The notes below the pieces were generated by a model. It did not search any database. It saw nothing but the letters and a program-made list of their open reading frames with translations, and was not told the DNA's origin. This document shows, one piece after another, positions 1-12,639 of a stretch of DNA of 64,000 bases. The stretch's first letter is position 1. The number at the start of each line of letters is the position of its first letter. This DNA comes from an uncultured Eubacteriales bacterium. GTDB taxonomy: Bacteria > Bacillota > Clostridia > Christensenellales > UBA1242. The stretch is from positions 73,115 through 137,114 of the forward strand of contig CAQIDI010000001.1 in NCBI GenBank assembly GCA_948806215.1, written 5' to 3'. The translations under genes and the position numbers were made by a program.

Positions 1-147
1 AACACCACACAAAAAGCTAACGCTAGCATATGCAAATTGTGCGTTATAAATTTCATTTTTATTATCGAGTGTTTTAACGAAATTATAGTGATTTATAATT
101 TCGTTTTGTAGAGTGCTTGAAAAATGTTTATTCAATAACTTTTCCAT
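1..147 (-). CDS. hypothetical protein, N-terminal part only (gene runs off the left edge)
   Basis: ATG at 147 with AAGGAG 6 nt upstream. The frame stays open to the window edge. N-terminus MEKLLNKHFSSTLQNEII... not recognised. Confidence 0.5.
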   Translation of the reverse strand, partial: MEKLLNKHFSSTLQNEIINHYNFVKTLDNKNEIYNAQFAYASVSFLCGV

Positions 148-157
148 ATAAAACTCC

Positions 158-2521
158 TTATAACTTATTTATAAGTGATGCAAAATTATATATTTTTGAA
201 TTTGTTAAGGCATTATTAATTTTTTTATTTATTGTTACATTATAATTACAATCTTGATTTGAGATTTCTAAAATATTTAATTCGCTTAATACCATTGTTA
301 CAAAGTTAAATTGGTCGAATTTTAAATCCCTAAATTGAGGATTTAATTTTTTTAATGCATTAAAATATTCTATTTGTGAATAGGATGTTAAGTTATTATT
401 AACTGCATTAACTAATGCTGTGTGGTACTTGGCAAAAATTTTTCTATCGGTGCTAACGCTTTTTAAGCATTTTTGATTGTTTAATTTATACAATATAACA
501 TTTGTATTAAAGTTGGATAAATAATCCTTAGTTAAAACTTCGTCAAATATAAAAATATTATTATAATTATTAAAGTTTTCAAAACTAGTAGGTAGATAAA
601 TTAAGGTATTAATTCCGGTGCTTATTTTAATGTTAAAAGTTTCGTAATTTTCAATAAAATTTGAAAGTTTATCGCAAACCTTTTTATAACTATCGTAGTT
701 ATAGCAAACAAACAAATTACCCATACTACCACTTATTTTATTTTTAATTTCATCAAAGGAATTTGCCGAAATCAAGGTTGGATTACTATTTTTAGTATCA
801 ACTTTTAATTGGTTTAAATAATATGCATTATTTTCTTCTTGTTTAATGTTAGTGTTAAGCTTATCGTAGCTGATGCTTTTAATAATCGCTTTAACTTTTT
901 CTTGCCCCTTAAACGAATCAACGCTAACATCTAACAACGCATTTTTGTTGCAGTTTGTGTTTAGCGATAACATTTGCTCTGATAAATTAAATGCTAAAAG
1001 TTCCATATTTATTGTTTTTATTTTTAAAAAGTTTGGATGATTTTTAATTCGTTCTGGTTTAAAATTATTAAAAGTTAATTTAAAAACAGGTTTTTCGTTT
1101 CCAAAACCAAACGGCTCTAAAACTTGCAAACTTTTAACATAGTTAACATCAATATTTTCTTTGTTACAATCAATATCGTAATATTTTACAGCATTAAAAA
1201 TATCTTTTGGATAATTATTTAAAATGTTTTGATTCAACTTTGAAATAAATTCGACTATATTATGTTCTAAAATTGTTAAACCACCAGCTCCTGCGTGACC
1301 ACCAAATTTAACAAGTAAGTGTTTTAAACTGCTTAGTTCTTTATAAATATCAATGCCATTAACACTGCGAATACTACCCTTATATTCGTTATCAACTTTT
1401 GTAAGTAAACAAACAGGTCGATTATATTTTTCGGTAAGTTTTGCACAAACAATGCCAAGAACTCCTGAGTGCCAAGTTTCGCTTTTTAGAACTATTGCTC
1501 CAACCAAAGAAATGTTAACACTTTCTAACATATTAATAGCATCGCTAAATATGTAGTTTCCGGCTTCGACTCTCGCATTATTTTGATTTTCAAGTTCGGT
1601 TAAAATTTGATTTAATAGGTTCTGATTTTTTTCGATAAATAGTTTAAAAGCTAAAGTTGCATCGCCCATACGCCCTGCTGTGTTTAGCTTTGGAGCTAAT
1701 TTATAGGCTATATCGGTTGAAGTTAAATTTGTTATTTTTAAGCTGGTTAACAGCTTTTTAATGCCTTCTGGAAGGTTTTGTTGATTGTTTAATCCGTGCA
1801 TAACAATAGCACGATTTTCGTTAACAAGCGGCACAATATCGGCTACTGTTGCCAAACTAGCAATATTTGTAAGGTTTAAAAATTGTTTTAATCCACCTAA
1901 AGCGTGCACTAGTTTTAGTGCCACTCCTGCACCACATAGTTCCTTGAAAGGATAAGTTTGAATTGGGTCTTTAGGGTCTAGGCAAATGCAATTTGGTTTT
2001 ATGTCGGGAACTTCGTGATGGTCGGTTACAACAACATCAACATTATGTTCTAACAAATAATCAATTTCCTTATGGCAAGAAATGCCACAATCCACTGTTA
2101 TTAACAAATCCGGATTAAAATTTTCAATGATTTTTTGTGCGGTTTCTATTGTTAAACCATAGCCATCTAAAAACCTATTTGGCAAAAAATAATCAACTTT
2201 AACATTTATGCTTTCGAAGTATTTATATAACACTGCAGTAGCACAAATACCATCGGTATCGTAATCGCCAACTATTATAATTTTTTTATTATTACTTATA
2301 GCATCGTTAATTTTATTAACAGCTTCTTGCATTCCCTTTAATAAAAAAGGATTATAAAATTGGCTTAAGCCCGGATTAAAGAAATCTGCAATTTCTTTTT
2401 CGGTTTTTATATTAAGTGAAAAAAGATGTTTAATTATGTAAGTTGGCACATTAAACTTTTTTGATAAATTATTGAGTTGTTTAATATTATAATTTGATTG
2501 ATTAGAACTAATATATTTCAT
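158..2521 (-). CDS. recJ: single-stranded-DNA-specific exonuclease RecJ
   Basis: 787 aa. DHH motifs IIIVGDYDTDGICA and VVVTDHHEVP, DHHA1-like GGHAGAGG. Position after secDF as in Firmicutes. Confidence 0.9.
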   Translation of the reverse strand: MKYISSNQSNYNIKQLNNLSKKFNVPTYIIKHLFSLNIKTEKEIADFFNPGLSQFYNPFLLKGMQEAVNKINDAISNNKKIIIVGDYDTDGICATAVLYKYFESINVKVDYFLPNRFLDGYGLTIETAQKIIENFNPDLLITVDCGISCHKEIDYLLEHNVDVVVTDHHEVPDIKPNCICLDPKDPIQTYPFKELCGAGVALKLVHALGGLKQFLNLTNIASLATVADIVPLVNENRAIVMHGLNNQQNLPEGIKKLLTSLKITNLTSTDIAYKLAPKLNTAGRMGDATLAFKLFIEKNQNLLNQILTELENQNNARVEAGNYIFSDAINMLESVNISLVGAIVLKSETWHSGVLGIVCAKLTEKYNRPVCLLTKVDNEYKGSIRSVNGIDIYKELSSLKHLLVKFGGHAGAGGLTILEHNIVEFISKLNQNILNNYPKDIFNAVKYYDIDCNKENIDVNYVKSLQVLEPFGFGNEKPVFKLTFNNFKPERIKNHPNFLKIKTINMELLAFNLSEQMLSLNTNCNKNALLDVSVDSFKGQEKVKAIIKSISYDKLNTNIKQEENNAYYLNQLKVDTKNSNPTLISANSFDEIKNKISGSMGNLFVCYNYDSYKKVCDKLSNFIENYETFNIKISTGINTLIYLPTSFENFNNYNNIFIFDEVLTKDYLSNFNTNVILYKLNNQKCLKSVSTDRKIFAKYHTALVNAVNNNLTSYSQIEYFNALKKLNPQFRDLKFDQFNFVTMVLSELNILEISNQDCNYNVTINKKINNALTNSKIYNFASLINKL

Positions 2522-2534
2522 ATTTTAAATTAGG

Positions 2535-2570
2535 TAAAAAAAGCCTTACTAAAAAGTGAAGGCTTTTTTT
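2535..2570 (-). terminator. rho-independent terminator after secF (bidirectional hairpin)
   Basis: AAGCCTT (2541-2547) pairs with AAGGCTT (2559-2565), flanked by an A-run and a T-run. Confidence 0.55.
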
Positions 2571-2571
2571 A

Positions 2572-3669
2572 TTATACAACAATTTTATCTTCTGGAATTG
2601 GATTCTTCTTATCTTTTTTATCTTGTTCAATTCTTTTCTTTAAGCGTTTATCTTTATCTTTTTTATAAATAAAACTCCAAATTGGACCAGAAATAAACAC
2701 TGAGGAATAAGTTCCAGCAACTAAACCAAATAGAATTGGTAATAAGAATTCTCTAATAGCACTAACACCAATAATTGCTAGCAATAATACTGAAACAATA
2801 GTTGTTATTGAAGTGTAGAAAGTTCTTGTTAAAGTATCCTTAACCGAAATATCAACAATTTCGGCATTGGTTTTTGCTTGATAAGATTCACGGCGTAGGT
2901 TTTCACGAACTCTATCGAAAATAACTATTGTGTTGTTAATCGAGTATCCAATAATTGTTATTAATGCTGCAATAAAACTTGAATTTATTTGTATTCTGCA
3001 TATAACAACAAATGCACACATAAGTAAAACATCGTGTAATAATGCAATAATTGCCGAAACACCACTTGCAAATTCAAATCTGATTGCAATATAGATTAAC
3101 ATTAAAACTATTGCAATGCTAACTGCAAGTAAAGCATTTGTTAAAAGTGATGAACTTGCACTTGCACCAATACGCTGACCATCTTCAACACTGAAATTGG
3201 AAATTTCGTTGTTAGGATTAATTTGCTCTGAAATTTCTTTTTTAACAGTTTCAACTAAATCGTTCATTTGGGCTTCGGTTTTACCGCTAACATCTTGGAA
3301 TTTAACCGAAACTGATGCATCGGTTGTTGAACCTTCTTTTTGTAATGTGTATTTAGTAATACCATTATCTTTTAAAACTTTTTCTAAAGTTGTTTTATAA
3401 GCATTATATTCTGCGTTAGAAATATCTGTGCCGAAATTAACTTTTAGAATTGTTCCGCCAGTAAAATCTAATCCTAGATTAAAGCCTAGGCAGGCAAACA
3501 TAATTACAGCAACTAACAAAATAACAACTGGTGCTAGTATTGTGTACTTAAAGTTTTTTACTAAGTTAAAATCCTTAGCTAAAAAGTTATTATATTTTTG
3601 TGACATTGCGGAGATAAACTTATTTTGCTTCTTCTGCGATTTGTTCTTTTTGGATTTCTTCTGTTCCAT
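2572..3669 (-). CDS. secF: protein translocase subunit SecF
   Basis: 365 aa, multi-TM, SecF-type core (GLDFTGGT, FDRVREN). GGGGAGG sits 9 nt upstream of the ATG at 3669. Confidence 0.9.
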   Translation of the reverse strand: MEQKKSKKNKSQKKQNKFISAMSQKYNNFLAKDFNLVKNFKYTILAPVVILLVAVIMFACLGFNLGLDFTGGTILKVNFGTDISNAEYNAYKTTLEKVLKDNGITKYTLQKEGSTTDASVSVKFQDVSGKTEAQMNDLVETVKKEISEQINPNNEISNFSVEDGQRIGASASSSLLTNALLAVSIAIVLMLIYIAIRFEFASGVSAIIALLHDVLLMCAFVVICRIQINSSFIAALITIIGYSINNTIVIFDRVRENLRRESYQAKTNAEIVDISVKDTLTRTFYTSITTIVSVLLLAIIGVSAIREFLLPILFGLVAGTYSSVFISGPIWSFIYKKDKDKRLKKRIEQDKKDKKNPIPEDKIVV

Positions 3670-4954
3670 TAAGTTCTACCTCCCCTTTTTTTAGTCCGTA
3701 TTTTTTGTAGTTTGTGCTATTAAATGGTAGAGCCCAATTTAATAAACCTCTGGTTACAACTAAGGTTGTGAACATTGAAACTACTATGCTTATTAGCAAG
3801 GTGTAGGCAAAGCTACGAATTGTACCAGTTCCTAGCCAAGCTAAAACTAAGGAAGCAATAATTGTTGTTATGTTACTATCTAAAACGGTTATTGTTGCTC
3901 GTTTAAAGCCAGCTTTAAAACTTGCAGGTATTTTTTTACCAGTTTTAAATTCGTCCTTAATGCGTTCAAACACAACAATGTTACCATCAACAGCCATTCC
4001 AAGACCTAAAATAATTCCGGCAATACCTGGCAAGGTTAATTGAACAAATGGTAAAATTGAAAGCAAGAACATATAAATAACAACATAGATTATTAGTGAT
4101 AAATTTGCAAGTAGTCCCATATTTTTATATACAACATACATAATAACAAAAATTAGCACTAAACCAACTAGCCCTGCAATAATGCTAAGAAATAATGCAT
4201 TTTCACCAAGAGTTGCTGTTGTTATGTTCTTTTCTGATAATTCAAGATCAACACTATATGTTCCGCTTAATATTTTTGTTGCATATGCTTCGGCTTCTTT
4301 TTGACTACTCATACTACCAGAAATAAAAGTTACACCATCGGCAATAACCGATTGAACTTCTGGCTCGCTAAACAACTGTCCACCAATAAAAATATAAAGC
4401 TTTCCTTTGTTTGGTGCTAGTTCGCCTGTAAGTTCGTGGAACTTAGTTGCTCCTTCGGTTGTGAATTGCAATCTAACACCGTGTTGGTTACTAGTAGAAT
4501 CGTACTGATATTCGGCACTCTTAATATCTTTACCAGTAAGTACAGCTTCGGCTGATTCGGAATTTTCCTTTTTAAATTCTAATTTTGCAGGTTCGCCAAT
4601 TAAACCTAAAACTTCATCGGGATCATCTACATCAGGAACTTCGATTCTTATTTGATTATCCCCTTGTTTAACTATTGTTGCTTCTGGGTAATCGGCTAGT
4701 ATTAGCGATGATAGGCGTGTTATAGTTGCATCAATTTGATCAGATAGCGAGCCTTCACTCTCGCTAGATTGTTCACAATTGTAAACAGCCATAACCCCGC
4801 CTTTTAAATCAAGGCCTAATTGAATTCCGCCTGCAAAACCCTTAAAGGTGTAACAAGTAAATGGGATGTCAAAACTAAATATGGTTAAAACAAGCCCAAT
4901 TAATGTAGCAATACCAACAAGCACAAAGTTACGAATGGCACGTTTTTTTAACAT
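3620..4954 (-). CDS. secD: protein translocase subunit SecD
   Basis: 444 aa. LGLDLKGG motif, periplasmic domain, C-terminal 6-TM block. Directly upstream of secF. Confidence 0.9.
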   Translation of the reverse strand: MLKKRAIRNFVLVGIATLIGLVLTIFSFDIPFTCYTFKGFAGGIQLGLDLKGGVMAVYNCEQSSESEGSLSDQIDATITRLSSLILADYPEATIVKQGDNQIRIEVPDVDDPDEVLGLIGEPAKLEFKKENSESAEAVLTGKDIKSAEYQYDSTSNQHGVRLQFTTEGATKFHELTGELAPNKGKLYIFIGGQLFSEPEVQSVIADGVTFISGSMSSQKEAEAYATKILSGTYSVDLELSEKNITTATLGENALFLSIIAGLVGLVLIFVIMYVVYKNMGLLANLSLIIYVVIYMFLLSILPFVQLTLPGIAGIILGLGMAVDGNIVVFERIKDEFKTGKKIPASFKAGFKRATITVLDSNITTIIASLVLAWLGTGTIRSFAYTLLISIVVSMFTTLVVTRGLLNWALPFNSTNYKKYGLKKGEVELNGTEEIQKEQIAEEAK

Positions 4955-4983
4955 TTACTTACTCCTTAAAAGTCGCTGGAATT

Positions 4984-5012
4984 ATTATATATAATTATAA
5001 ATTATAAGTCAA
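4984..5012 (-). promoter_or_regulatory. sigma-A-type promoter for secDF
   Basis: Minus strand: TTGACT (5012-5007), 17-nt spacer, TATAAT (4989-4984). About 30 nt upstream of the secD SD. Confidence 0.5.
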
Positions 5013-5141
5013 ACAATAATGTTTAAATTGTTACCATTAATTTCCACAATATAACACATTAATTTTAAGTAATTAAAAAAATAAAAGGCACGAATGCCTT
5101 AATTAAAAAACATAAAAAAAGAAGGAAAAATTAATTCCTTC

Positions 5142-5552
5142 TTAACTATTACGAATTTTTTTGTTAACTAAAAATATTCCGCAAAGGCCACCAATTATTA
5201 ATGCAAAGGCTACATCGTTTAAAAAACTTAAATTTAACATAAAAGTTCTGCCAAGCGCACTAAAAACTAAAAAAGCTAAAACAGTGTAAACAATGCCTAT
5301 TAATGCTCCGGTAATAAGCCCGCGTTCAGGAAACTTTTTTAAAGCAAATAAGCAGCCTAAAAATATACTAATAATTTTTAAGACCTGATTAACTGGTGTT
5401 ATTGCAGCATCGGAAATATTAAATAGCTTTATTAAAAGAGCAAAAATTAATATAAACACAAGCGAAAATGAAACAGCTATAATTGCACCTTTTAAAACAT
5501 TTAATAATAAATTTGATTTAACCCTTTGTTTTTTTACTTTTTCCATAAACAA
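5142..5552 (-). CDS. small 4-TM membrane protein (YrzE/TIGR04086-like by size, topology and position)
   Basis: 136 aa, four hydrophobic segments. Lies between yajC and secDF, where B. subtilis has yrzE. Two tandem hairpin terminators downstream (5083-5098 and 5119-5143). Confidence 0.45.
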   Translation of the reverse strand: MFMEKVKKQRVKSNLLLNVLKGAIIAVSFSLVFILIFALLIKLFNISDAAITPVNQVLKIISIFLGCLFALKKFPERGLITGALIGIVYTVLAFLVFSALGRTFMLNLSFLNDVAFALIIGGLCGIFLVNKKIRNS

Positions 5553-5757
5553 CCCTTTTTAATGTTTTTTATAGGTTTATGCTGGACAAACCTAAATTAT
5601 GATTGCTTATAAGAAATTTAATTACTTAAGTGCTATGCATAATTGCTAATTATGGCTAAAAATAGCGAAAAATGTAGAATATGAATACTATATTGTTAAA
5701 ATGCACTTAAAACAAAAAAGAGTAACTTTTATTAAGCTACCCTTTAATTAATATTAA

Positions 5758-6381
5758 TTATTTTTTTGTTGTTGATTTTGTAGCAGTAGATTTAGAAGCT
5801 GTTGTTTTCTTTTCTACTGGTTTTTTAGTAGGTTCTTTTTTTGTTGCAGGTTTTTTAACTTCTGCTTTTTCTGCTTTTTCTTCAACAGGTTTTTCTTCGG
5901 TTTTAACTGTGCTAACTTCACTTGCTTTTGGTGAGCTTGCTTTTTTAGCAGTTGTTTTTTTAGTTGTTTTTGCTTCGTTTGCTTCTAGTTGTTTTTCTAG
6001 TTCTTCAAATTTCTTTTCTTCTTCGGTTTTAGCTGTTACTTCGTTGCCATTTTCATCTAAAACAATATCGGTTTTTTCGTCGATAGCATAAATTGCATTT
6101 ATATGAAGTTCTTGATAAGATGTTCTTTTATCGTCACCTGTTTCGATTAAAACAATTTTACCATCGGTGGTTTCGGTAACTTTTAAAACTTTACCATATA
6201 AACCATAGTAGGTTTTAACTTTTGCGCCTGGAACAACTTTTTGTTCAAGTTCACTTCTATAAGTATCTTCTTTTTTTCTACGATTGAAAGAAATTAACAT
6301 TAACACTACTAACGCTACAACTAAAACGATTAGTAAGCCATATTGAGCAAACCAGTTTGATGAATTTAATAAACTTAACAT
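5758..6381 (-). CDS. yajC: preprotein translocase subunit YajC with long Lys/Glu/Thr-rich C-terminal tail
   Basis: N-terminal TM plus YajC core (RRKKEDTYRSELEQKVVPGAKVKTYYGLYGKVLKV). Follows tgt as in many bacteria. About 100 extra low-complexity residues. Confidence 0.8.
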   Translation of the reverse strand: MLSLLNSSNWFAQYGLLIVLVVALVVLMLISFNRRKKEDTYRSELEQKVVPGAKVKTYYGLYGKVLKVTETTDGKIVLIETGDDKRTSYQELHINAIYAIDEKTDIVLDENGNEVTAKTEEEKKFEELEKQLEANEAKTTKKTTAKKASSPKASEVSTVKTEEKPVEEKAEKAEVKKPATKKEPTKKPVEKKTTASKSTATKSTTKK

Positions 6382-6482
6382 AATTTATTCTCCTAAAATT
6401 TTTAACATAGTTATTTTAACAAATATATTGTTTATAAGCAATAAATTAAATATAAAATTAGCATAAAAATTACCATATATTG

Positions 6483-8645
<2,163 letters not shown>

Positions 8646-8646
<1 letters not shown>

Positions 8647-9695
8647 TATTTTTCTTCCTTTGGAACATACATTTCTATATATTTTTGGCGAGAATCGCTA
8701 AATTCTTTGTTTAAGTGCTTATATGCGTTTGGAAGTGCTACTCTACCACGAGGGGTTCTAGCAATAAAACCAAGTTGAAGTAAGTATGGTTCGTAAACAT
8801 CTTCAATGGTATTTGATTCTTCACCAGTTGCGGCACTTAAAGTATCAAGTCCAACAGGGCCACCATTAAACTTATCGATTATTGTGTTTAACAATTTTCT
8901 ATCTATAAAATCTAAACCAAGTTCATCAACTTCTAACATATTTAAAGCTTCGTTACAAAGTTCGTAAGTTATTGTTCCATTTCCCATAACCGAAGCATAA
9001 TCGCGTACACGCTTTAAAAAACGATTGGCAATACGAGGTGTTCCACGGCTTCGAAGTGCAAGTTCTTCGCAAGCTCTTTCATCAATTTTAATTCCTAAAA
9101 TGCTTGCCGAACGGCTAATTATTTTGCTAAGTTCGTTTTTATTATACATTTCAAGCCTGCAAACAACACCAAATCTATCGCGAAGTGGCCCTGTTAACAT
9201 TCCTGCTTTTGTTGTTGCTCCAATCAAAGTGAAAGGTTGAAGTTTTAGGCGCATAGTTCTAGCACTTGGACCTTTTCCTAAAATAAAATCGAGTGCATAA
9301 TCTTCCATAGCAGGATATAAAACTTCCTCTACTGACCTATTTAATCTGTGAATTTCATCAATAAACAAAACATCGTTTTTATTTAAGTTGGTTAAAATAC
9401 TAGCCAAATCGGCAACTTTTTCGATTGCTGGTCCACTTGTTATTTTTAAGCTTGAACCAAGTTCGTTTGCAATAATGTGGCTTAAAGTTGTTTTGCCAAG
9501 CCCTGGTGGTCCATAAAGCAAAACGTGATCTAGTGCTTCGCCACGCTGTTTTGCTGCTTGAATATAAATATTTAAACTCTTTTTAATTTTATCCTGACCA
9601 ACATAATCCGACATAGAAGTTGGACGCAAAGTATTTTCAACATCTTCATCTTCTAAGCTTTTAGTGCTGGTAATAAATCTCTCATCGTCTTCCAT
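8646..9695 (-). CDS. ruvB: Holliday junction branch migration helicase RuvB
   Basis: 349 aa. Walker [22 protein letters not shown]. Confidence 0.95.
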
Positions 9696-9702
9696 ATTTC
9701 AC

Positions 9703-10296
9703 CTAGCCTAAGTTTTTTAATGCCTTAGCAATTAATGTTTCGGTTGTATCGGTTTCGGTAGCAACTCGTTTTACAAGTTTTAATGCGTCAAAACGGCTTA
9801 AGCCCATATTAACAAGCAGTTCACAAGCTTCGTCGCACGCTGTGGTACTTATGTTATTATTTTCAAATTCGATACTTGATAAACTTCCGCTTAAATCACC
9901 TATTTTACCTTTTAATTCAAGCACAATTCGTTCTGCAGTTTTTTTACCAATTCCCTTTGCTTGCGAAATGGTTTTAACATCGCCAGTTATAATGCAATTA
10001 ACTAAATCGTTAGGTTTAATTGCACTTAAAATTTGCTGAGCCATTTTAGCACCAACTCCAGAAACTGTTATAAGTTCTAAAAACAAATTTTTTTCTTCTT
10101 TACTTAAAAAACCAAATAACAAAAAAGCATCCTCTCTAACGTGCAAATAAGTGTAAACTTTAGCCACTTCTCCAACATTACCTAACAAACTTAAGGTGTT
10201 AGTAGAAACAAAAATTTCGTAGCCAATTCCATTACATTCAATAATAACACTATTTTCGGTTTTATCTTCAATTTTACCAGTTATAAATGCGTACAT
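9703..10296 (-). CDS. ruvA: Holliday junction DNA helicase RuvA
   Basis: 197 aa. MYAFITGK start, HhH motifs (VSGVGAKMA, GIGKKTAERI). Confidence 0.9.
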   Translation of the reverse strand: MYAFITGKIEDKTENSVIIECNGIGYEIFVSTNTLSLLGNVGEVAKVYTYLHVREDAFLLFGFLSKEEKNLFLELITVSGVGAKMAQQILSAIKPNDLVNCIITGDVKTISQAKGIGKKTAERIVLELKGKIGDLSGSLSSIEFENNNISTTACDEACELLVNMGLSRFDALKLVKRVATETDTTETLIAKALKNLG

Positions 10297-10308
10297 AAAT
10301 ATTTCCTT

Positions 10309-10809
10309 TTATTTAATATCTGTTCCACTAAGCACCAAGTTTGTTTGGCTGTGGCAAAGAGCTGCAGCAAGTGCATCGGCAGCATCGTCTGGCTTTGGCA
10401 CTTTGGTTAAATTTAGTATTGCTTTAACCATATACTGAATTTGATGTTTATCTGCTCGGCCATTACCAGTTAGTGCTTGTTTGATTTGAAGTGGTGTGTA
10501 TTCGTATAATCTATCGGTGCCCATTTTTTTTGTTGCTGCAAGCAAAATAACTCCTCTTGCCATTGCAACATTAATTACGGTTTTTTGGTTTGTGTGATAA
10601 AATAGTTCTTCCATAGCAAAATGATCGGGTTTATATTTATCAATTAAGTAACTAATACCATCGTATATTTTATTAAGCCTAACCGACATTTTTAAACTTT
10701 TATCGGTTTCTATAACTCCATAATCTAAAACCTTGGTTTCGCGTTTGGTTTTTTCTATTATTCCAAAACCTACTATTGCATAACCCGGGTCGATACCTAT
10801 AATTATCAT
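10309..10809 (-). CDS. ruvC: crossover junction endodeoxyribonuclease RuvC
   Basis: 166 aa. IIGIDPG start, catalytic D/E pattern, DAADALA near the C-terminus. Confidence 0.9.
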   Translation of the reverse strand: MIIIGIDPGYAIVGFGIIEKTKRETKVLDYGVIETDKSLKMSVRLNKIYDGISYLIDKYKPDHFAMEELFYHTNQKTVINVAMARGVILLAATKKMGTDRLYEYTPLQIKQALTGNGRADKHQIQYMVKAILNLTKVPKPDDAADALAAALCHSQTNLVLSGTDIK

Positions 10810-11043
10810 AACTCTTCACCATTATTATTACTAATAATAATTATTATATAATATAAGCAGTTTTGTCAAATGCTTAAACTAATTTTAACTTATTTTTTCA
10901 AACATTTGTTCAATATAGATGTTTTTCAAATAAAATTATTAAATAGTAAAGTTATAAAAATTAATTAATTTTAACTATTATGCAAAATTTGATTTATTGG
11001 CTTTAAAAAAGCGATTATTAAATATTTGCATAGGATTAAAAAA

Positions 11044-11073
11044 ATAAAAAAGTGCTTAAAAATAGCACTTTTA
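11044..11073 (-). terminator. rho-independent terminator after yebC
   Basis: Minus strand: AAGTGCT-loop-AGCACTT followed by TTTTTTATTTT. Confidence 0.55.
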
Positions 11074-11078
11074 ATTTA

Positions 11079-11819
11079 TTATTCTTCGTCGTCTTCTGGA
11101 AGTTCTACATTATGATAAACTTCTTGAATATCGTCGTTATCCTCTAACTCATCTATTAATTTTAAGAAGCTTTTTAATTTATCGGCTTCTAATTTTATGT
11201 AGTTAGCAGGAATAAGGTCTAATTCTGCATTATCCATTGGAATATTGTTAGATTCAAAGTATTGACGTGCAGATTCGAAGTTTTCTGGAGTTGTTAATAT
11301 TTCGTAGAATGTATCGTATGTTACGCAATCTTCTGCATTTGCTTCGATAGAATGCATCATCATATCGTCTTCTGTAATACCAACACCTTTAGGAATATCG
11401 ATAACACCTTTTTTGGTGAATAAATAAGATACACAGTTTGTTGAACCAAGGCTACCACCGTGATGATCAAAATAGTGGCGAACTTCGCTTGCTGTGCGGT
11501 TTTTATTATCGGTTAAAGCTTGAACAATAACAGCTGAACCGGCTGGACCATAGCCTTCGTATGTCATGGCTTCGTAGTTAACAGAACTTAGCTCTCCTGT
11601 TGCTTTTTTGATGGAACGATTAATGTTATCGTTTGGCATATTATTTGCTCTTGCCTTAGCAATAACTGTTTTTAGTTTTGCGTTAGAGTTAGGATCAGGG
11701 CCACCTTCTTTTACGGCAACAACTATTTCTCTACCAATTTTTGTGTAGATTTTTCCAGTTGCGGCATCGTTAGCAGCTTTTTTGTTTTTAATTTTACTAA
11801 ACTTATTATGACCTGACAT
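11079..11819 (-). CDS. yebC: YebC/PmpR family DNA-binding regulator
   Basis: 246 aa. MSGHNKFSKIKNKKA start typical of the family. Upstream of ruvC as in many genomes. Confidence 0.9.
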   Translation of the reverse strand: MSGHNKFSKIKNKKAANDAATGKIYTKIGREIVVAVKEGGPDPNSNAKLKTVIAKARANNMPNDNINRSIKKATGELSSVNYEAMTYEGYGPAGSAVIVQALTDNKNRTASEVRHYFDHHGGSLGSTNCVSYLFTKKGVIDIPKGVGITEDDMMMHSIEANAEDCVTYDTFYEILTTPENFESARQYFESNNIPMDNAELDLIPANYIKLEADKLKSFLKLIDELEDNDDIQEVYHNVELPEDDEE

Positions 11820-11831
11820 TGTTACTCCTCC

Positions 11832-12599
11832 TTAATTTATTATATACATTAAAATGCTAGCACTAATGCTTGCATTTAAACTTTCTACATTGTTATTCAT
11901 TGGAATTGTTACTGTGTAATCGCATATTTCTTGAATGGTGTTACTAACTCCATTGCCTTCGTTACCAATAACCAATCCAAAACTTTTTGGTGGATTAAAT
12001 GATTTTAAATTTTTGCCGTTTAAATTGGCAGAAATAAGATTGAACTTGTGCTGTTTCTTTAAATTGATTAATTCTTGTTCGGTTACAAACAAAAAGTTAA
12101 TATTAAAAACATAACCCATACTAGAACGAATTACTTTTGAAGAATATGGATAAACACCATTAACACACACAATTTGTGTGTATCCAAAAGCAACTGCACT
12201 GCGAATTATTGCTCCAAGATTTGATGGGTCTTGCAAAGAATCAAGCACTAAAAATTTACTATTAAAATTAAATTCACTTTGTTTTGGAAGTTCAACTAAA
12301 GCATAAATTCCGCTTGGGGTGCTTGTTTCTGAAATTTTGTTTGAAATAGCATTAGAAATTAATGTTATATTATTATTTGTTTTAATTAAACTAGCAAATT
12401 TGTTTTGTTTACCTGATTCAATAAAAATTTGTTTAACATTTAATTTGTTATTCAAACAATCTTTAACAACTTTTTCGCTTTCAACAAAGCACGCATTTAA
12501 GGATAATGCTCCCTTTTTTGTTTTTGCAAGCATTAAATCCTTAATTATTGCGTTTTGTGTTGAAGTTATTTCTTTAATCATATAAATCCAAAAAAACAT
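11832..12599 (-). CDS. TrmH/SpoU family RNA 2'-O-methyltransferase
   Basis: 255 aa. SpoU motifs DSLQDPSNLGAIIRSA and LVIGNEGNGVS. The start could be the ATG at 12599 or the one at 12581. Confidence 0.8.
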   Translation of the reverse strand: MFFWIYMIKEITSTQNAIIKDLMLAKTKKGALSLNACFVESEKVVKDCLNNKLNVKQIFIESGKQNKFASLIKTNNNITLISNAISNKISETSTPSGIYALVELPKQSEFNFNSKFLVLDSLQDPSNLGAIIRSAVAFGYTQIVCVNGVYPYSSKVIRSSMGYVFNINFLFVTEQELINLKKQHKFNLISANLNGKNLKSFNPPKSFGLVIGNEGNGVSNTIQEICDYTVTIPMNNNVESLNASISASILMYIIN

Positions 12600-12639
12600 T
12601 AAGTTAACCTTAGTTAACCTAATATTTTAAAATTTTTAA

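Noticed and set aside
3606-3669. Shorter SecF start at ATG 3606, which would avoid the secD overlap
   Set aside because: No SD precedes that ATG. The ATG at 3669 has GGGGAGG at ideal spacing, so I kept the longer form with moderate certainty.
12601-12622. Tandem GTTAACCT GTTAACCT-like direct repeat between rplT and the TrmH-family gene
   Set aside because: There are only two short copies. They sit in a 40-nt intergenic spacer that also has to provide the SD, so there is no evidence of function beyond that.
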